Shown here in pieces: positions 60,316-64,000 of a stretch of DNA of 64,000 nt (positions are counted from its first letter, which is position 1; every line of letters starts with the position of its first letter). The DNA lies in NCBI GenBank assembly GCA_965263235.1, contig OZ253667.1, positions 1,026,189-1,090,188 of the forward strand, read 5' to 3'. The notes under the pieces are model-generated. The model was not told the origin of the DNA. It did not search any database and saw nothing but the letters and a program-made list of their open reading frames with translations. The position numbers and the translations under genes were made by a program. The DNA is from Pseudomonadales bacterium. Lineage in GTDB: Bacteria > Pseudomonadota > Gammaproteobacteria > Pseudomonadales > UBA7434.

Positions 60316-61818
60316 ATGAGTGAGTCAATGAAAGCTGAACATCGAACGCCCAAAGAACTTATAGAAATGTACTGGGAGCGCGTCTGGAATAACCGTGAGG
60401 CAGAGCTTATCCGCGAAATCTGTGCTGATCCGATTTATCGGCATGACCCCGGTAGCACAACGGCGCTATCACACGACGAACAGGTAAATCGCGTAAAGCA
60501 GCAATCAGAACGTGGACATCCCCAGTTCTCTCATGAGGTTTTATTGGCAGATGATGAGTATGTCTGCTCCGTATGGAATGTAGTAACCACGAGAGGGAGT
60601 CAGGAAGTTAAGTTTTCTGGTATCGAAGTGTTTCGTGCTGAAAATGGCCGACTGACAAATTGCTGGAATTCTAGCTATACCAAAGGTTTTTGGGGCCGCA
60701 TAGGCGATAAGTCGGTGCCTGACGATTTACCGCCGCCGCAGCTACTTAATTCTGTCGACCAGATTACGAAGGACTGGATCCAGCAGGCTTTGCAGCATGG
60801 CGGTATCGACGCGCCGAAGCTAAGTATGGTCGCAAACAAACCGATAGGCGCGGGCAGTTTAAGTAATACGGTGCAAACGCGAGTTACCTACAACGCAGAC
60901 GCGCGCGATTTTCCCAGAACGGTGATTTGTAAGTTTCATCCCGCATCGGAGGTGCCAGCACAAATCGCTAAGAGATTGGGCGCTTCTACGCGAGAAGTGC
61001 AGGCAGCTCGCACCCTGGCAAAGCATTCCTATGCATACACCCCAAAAGTTATTTGGGCGAATTGTTCAGAGAGCGGTGAGCAAATGAATCTGGTAATGGA
61101 GGATTTATCGCATTTTAAACTCGGTGACCAGGTTGAAGGTTGTTCGATTGAGCAGGCTGAAGCAGTTACCGATGCTTTTATCGCCTTGCATGGCTTGCAT
61201 TGGAATGATCAGCAGCTCGGGCAGCAGGAATGGTTGCTGCACCGTGATAAAAATGCAGAGGGGCTGGGCGGCAGCTATAAGCGGGGCTGCGAAGATTTTC
61301 ATCAGCGTTTTACTGGCCGTTTGTCAGAAGAAGATTTTTCGATGATTGATGCGCTAGTTCCGCTGATTACCGACGCAGGTCGATTTCAGAGTAAGTACCG
61401 ATGTTTGGTTCATGGTGAGCCAAGAGTAGACAATATTATTTTTGATATGACTGCCGACAAGCCCAAAGCTTATTTAATTGACTGGCAGTTTGCCGATTTT
61501 GCCAATCCAATGTTTGATCTTGCTTACCTTGTTAGCGGCAGTCTAACGATTGAAGATAGGCGCAAAAGTGAAAAAGAGCTAGTTACAAAGTATAGTCAGG
61601 CGATCCAGGCATTGGCCCCTGATTACTCCTCGGCACAAGCGAAAGAGGATTTCGCGTTTAACCTGTTATTTGGCCTATCTACAACCGTTAGTGCGGCGAG
61701 ATCAGTTCCTCCTGGAGAAGCGGAGGATAAATTGCTTATTACCCTCGCGGAACGCAATTGTGCTGCTATTCGTGACTGGGATGCGCTCGCTGTTGCCAGG
61801 CAGCGATTGGGTAAGTAA
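60316..61818 (+). CDS. Fusion protein: SnoaL-like (NTF2-fold) domain + phosphotransferase (APH/EcKL-like kinase) domain
   Basis: The N-terminus has YWERVWNNRE..IEVFRAENGRLTNCWN. The C-terminus has NLVMEDLS, LVHGEPRVDNIIF and LIDWQFA. Confidence 0.7.
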   Translation: MSESMKAEHRTPKELIEMYWERVWNNREAELIREICADPIYRHDPGSTTALSHDEQVNRVKQQSERGHPQFSHEVLLADDEYVCSVWNVVTTRGSQEVKFSGIEVFRAENGRLTNCWNSSYTKGFWGRIGDKSVPDDLPPPQLLNSVDQITKDWIQQALQHGGIDAPKLSMVANKPIGAGSLSNTVQTRVTYNADARDFPRTVICKFHPASEVPAQIAKRLGASTREVQAARTLAKHSYAYTPKVIWANCSESGEQMNLVMEDLSHFKLGDQVEGCSIEQAEAVTDAFIALHGLHWNDQQLGQQEWLLHRDKNAEGLGGSYKRGCEDFHQRFTGRLSEEDFSMIDALVPLITDAGRFQSKYRCLVHGEPRVDNIIFDMTADKPKAYLIDWQFADFANPMFDLAYLVSGSLTIEDRRKSEKELVTKYSQAIQALAPDYSSAQAKEDFAFNLLFGLSTTVSAARSVPPGEAEDKLLITLAERNCAAIRDWDALAVARQRLGK

Positions 61819-61881
61819 ACCGTTACCTGTTAGCGCAGGCAAAAGCACGACAAGGTAGATGGTATAAATAGAAGTGATTCA

Positions 61882-62628
61882 ATGAAGATATTTATTCTTT
61901 ACGCGCATCCTGAACCAGAACACTCCTTTAACGCCGCACTATTGCAGCGTTCGATTGAAACGCTGGAAGCCGAAGGTCACGAGGTTAAGGTCTCCGACCT
62001 TTACAAAATGAACTTCAACCCTGTAGCTTCCGCTGATGATTTTTCGGATAGGAGATTTCCGGAGCGCTTACAGTACGACCGTGAGCAAAAATATGCAGTG
62101 CAAAACGATGCGCTTAGCGATGATATTGTCGCTGAAATGGAAAAGGTAATGTGGTGCGATTTATTTATCCTGCAGTTTCCGCTTTACTGGTTCTCGATGC
62201 CCGCAATAATGAAAGGCTGGTTTGACAGGGTTTTCGTGAACAGCGTGATCTATGGCAAGGGTAAACGCTACGAAACAGGCGGGCTAAAGGGCCGCAAAGC
62301 GATGGTTTCGATGACAACGGGCGCTTATAAAGAAATGTTTCAGCCCAATGGTTTATTGGGTGACCTGGAGGTCGCGCTTTGGCATATTCATAACGGCACT
62401 CTTTTCTACACGGGGTTTGAAGTCTTGCCGCCGTTTGTTGGCTGGTGTCCGGTACATAAAGGGCAGTCAGCCTGTGATCAATACCTTGATCAATACGCTA
62501 ATCGCTTAAAAAATCTTGATCAGCTAAAACCTCTTGAATTTCATCCCTTAAGCGATTTTGGTGGTGACTTCTTACTCAAGCCAAATGTCGAGCCACGATC
62601 AGCAGGGCATCGTCTTACTCGCGACTAG
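61882..62628 (+). CDS. NAD(P)H:quinone oxidoreductase (flavodoxin-like fold, NQO-type)
   Basis: MKIFILYAHPEPEHSFNAAL..FPLYWFSMPAIMKGWFDRVF. Confidence 0.8.
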   Translation: MKIFILYAHPEPEHSFNAALLQRSIETLEAEGHEVKVSDLYKMNFNPVASADDFSDRRFPERLQYDREQKYAVQNDALSDDIVAEMEKVMWCDLFILQFPLYWFSMPAIMKGWFDRVFVNSVIYGKGKRYETGGLKGRKAMVSMTTGAYKEMFQPNGLLGDLEVALWHIHNGTLFYTGFEVLPPFVGWCPVHKGQSACDQYLDQYANRLKNLDQLKPLEFHPLSDFGGDFLLKPNVEPRSAGHRLTRD

Positions 62629-62772
62629 AGCCTTACGTTAGGGTTAGGAGCAAGTAAGAGCTCCAGGGCAACTTCATGAGCTTAGCTTTGTATTGTTCTT
62701 AGGCAAACCGCTGACACACAGAACACCGCCCCGGCAAGCTATAAACACTTACCGGGCATGCGACTAAAAAAC

Positions 62773-63276
62773 TCAATGCATTATTGCAGAGCTAAAGTCG
62801 TACTGCTCAATCGGGCAGCTAATGTCGTCGTGCTCCTGTAATCCCAACAACTGCATGAACCCTGCGTGGTTGACCTGGATCAGGTTGGTATGATCACCAG
62901 CTTCAAAATAAAGCTTGTCGACCTTTGCAAGACTTTCGTCCCAGGTGACCGGTATACCGTAAACCTGTCCCAATGCGGGAATTGCTCCCCGTTCACAGCC
63001 TTCGAAAATTTCACTTATTTCTTTTTCCGAAACCAGCTCATAGTTTTTATGTGTGGTTTCGTTAAGCCATGCGAAAACCAGTTTATTACTAGCAGGGATT
63101 AAACACATTCGGTAGCTTTCTTCATCGTGAACAATAACTGCTTTCGCAACTTTGTTTGATTGAAGATGTGCGGAATGTGCACTCGCTAAACTGGAGAAGG
63201 TTTTTGGATGGTGAACAATATTATATTCAACGCCGGTTTTATTCAGGTGCTCTTGTATTTTGGGTGCCATAGTCAT
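62773..63276 (-). CDS. YbaK/EbsC-type aminoacyl-tRNA editing-domain protein
   Basis: The layout and the CERGAIPALGQVYG block resemble the tRNA_edit domain. The start was set at the ATG 7 nt behind a GGAGGT site. Confidence 0.55.
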   Translation of the reverse strand: MTMAPKIQEHLNKTGVEYNIVHHPKTFSSLASAHSAHLQSNKVAKAVIVHDEESYRMCLIPASNKLVFAWLNETTHKNYELVSEKEISEIFEGCERGAIPALGQVYGIPVTWDESLAKVDKLYFEAGDHTNLIQVNHAGFMQLLGLQEHDDISCPIEQYDFSSAIMH

Positions 63277-63681
63277 AACGATTACCTCCCAACAGAAAAT
63301 ATGAACAACTACTGAAAGATAGTAACCAGAGGCAGCCTCCAATTTTTCTTTGGATTAAACAGCCACAGCTACATAGTGTTGGGCCATTAAAAGGGTGAGG
63401 AAGTTCATTTTTTAATGGTTGATTGCAGTGGAAATAGGCGGTTTGGCGGACTCTGTATATCAGCACGCGATGTTTAGGCCAGGTGGTTAGCGTACGCAAT
63501 TGAGACATAAGGGCCGAGGGTAAGACCAGGGATATCTTGTGACGGTATACCTGTTTGATGTCAGCGCTAAAAAAATTTGTATACTGTACCCAGATTCCTA
63601 AGAATGATAGGTTACACTGCCAGCAGGGTAAGTAACCGGTTAGACTTGACCAGAACATAAAAGATAACAGCGTGCTTTAGT

Positions 63682-64000
63682 ATGTCCAATTTTCTTATCA
63701 ACTCTCCTCGCTGTGTATTTATACATATTCCTAAGACCGCTGGCACATCGATACGTAACGGCTTTTTTAACAAGGATTATCAGGGCCCGGTATTCGGGCA
63801 CGTCCCCGAAGAGTGGAACGGGTACTTTTCGTTTGCATTTGTTCGTAATCCTTATGACAGGCTTGTCAGCGCATGGAAGATGTTTACTGTGGGAACTGAA
63901 AATCTAAAGGATGACTTTCCTCAACTGACGCTCAGGGAGTTTCTGGATATCGTGACCGATGAATCAATCATCTTTGATGAGCGTCGTAAAAGCTATGAAG
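63682..64000 (+). CDS. Sulfotransferase family 2-like protein (5' partial; runs off the window, not in the ORF track)
   Basis: My own translation from the ATG at 63682 gives MSNFLINSPRCVFIHIPKTAGTSIRNGF...FAFVRNPYDRLVSAWKMF. IHIPKTAGTS and RNPYDRLVS are typical Sulfotransfer_2 motifs. Confidence 0.7.
   Translation, partial: MSNFLINSPRCVFIHIPKTAGTSIRNGFFNKDYQGPVFGHVPEEWNGYFSFAFVRNPYDRLVSAWKMFTVGTENLKDDFPQLTLREFLDIVTDESIIFDERRKSYE

Overview
The window looks like gammaproteobacterial chromosome. This is an inference from the gene order thrS-infC-rpmI-rplT-pheS-pheT-ihfA-merR-tRNA-Pro and from Pseudomonas-type nrdAB; no database was consulted. Conserved core blocks are ychJ, dinG, nrdAB, argF-argD, grxD and the thrS-to-ihfA operon. 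A catabolic cluster (alcohol dehydrogenase, SDR, nitroreductase, nitronate monooxygenase, CoA-transferase, AraC, aldehyde dehydrogenase) lies towards the right end. These are interrupted by three accessory regions. (1) At the left edge, a large serine recombinase ORF reads through an initiator tRNA-Met gene, and tandem partial copies of the tRNA 5' part follow. (2) At about 6.7-22 kb there is a 2-kb ORF-free, repeat- and hairpin-rich region. It is followed by an island in which two paralogous exported proteins with VPLPA/PEP-CTERM-like tails bracket a one-directional operon. The operon encodes four sulfotransferases (two TPR + TPST-like), two Asp/Asn-beta-hydroxylase/2OG-type oxygenases, a GT8-like transferase and, just upstream, a SET-domain-like protein. 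I consider this the best candidate for an undescribed protein-modification system. (3) At 38.2-46.7 kb there is a chromosomal integron (intI, attI, at least four cassettes confirmed by R'/R'' complementarity). Its first attC carries an IS110/IS1111-family element that is itself split by an IS3-family element. Cassette cargo includes a protein with a HEPN-like motif and a two-gene cassette holding an ABC1/UbiB-type kinase. tRNA-Pro next to intI is also preceded by tandem partial copies of its own 5' part. All functional calls rest on motifs read by eye and need HMM or BLAST confirmation.
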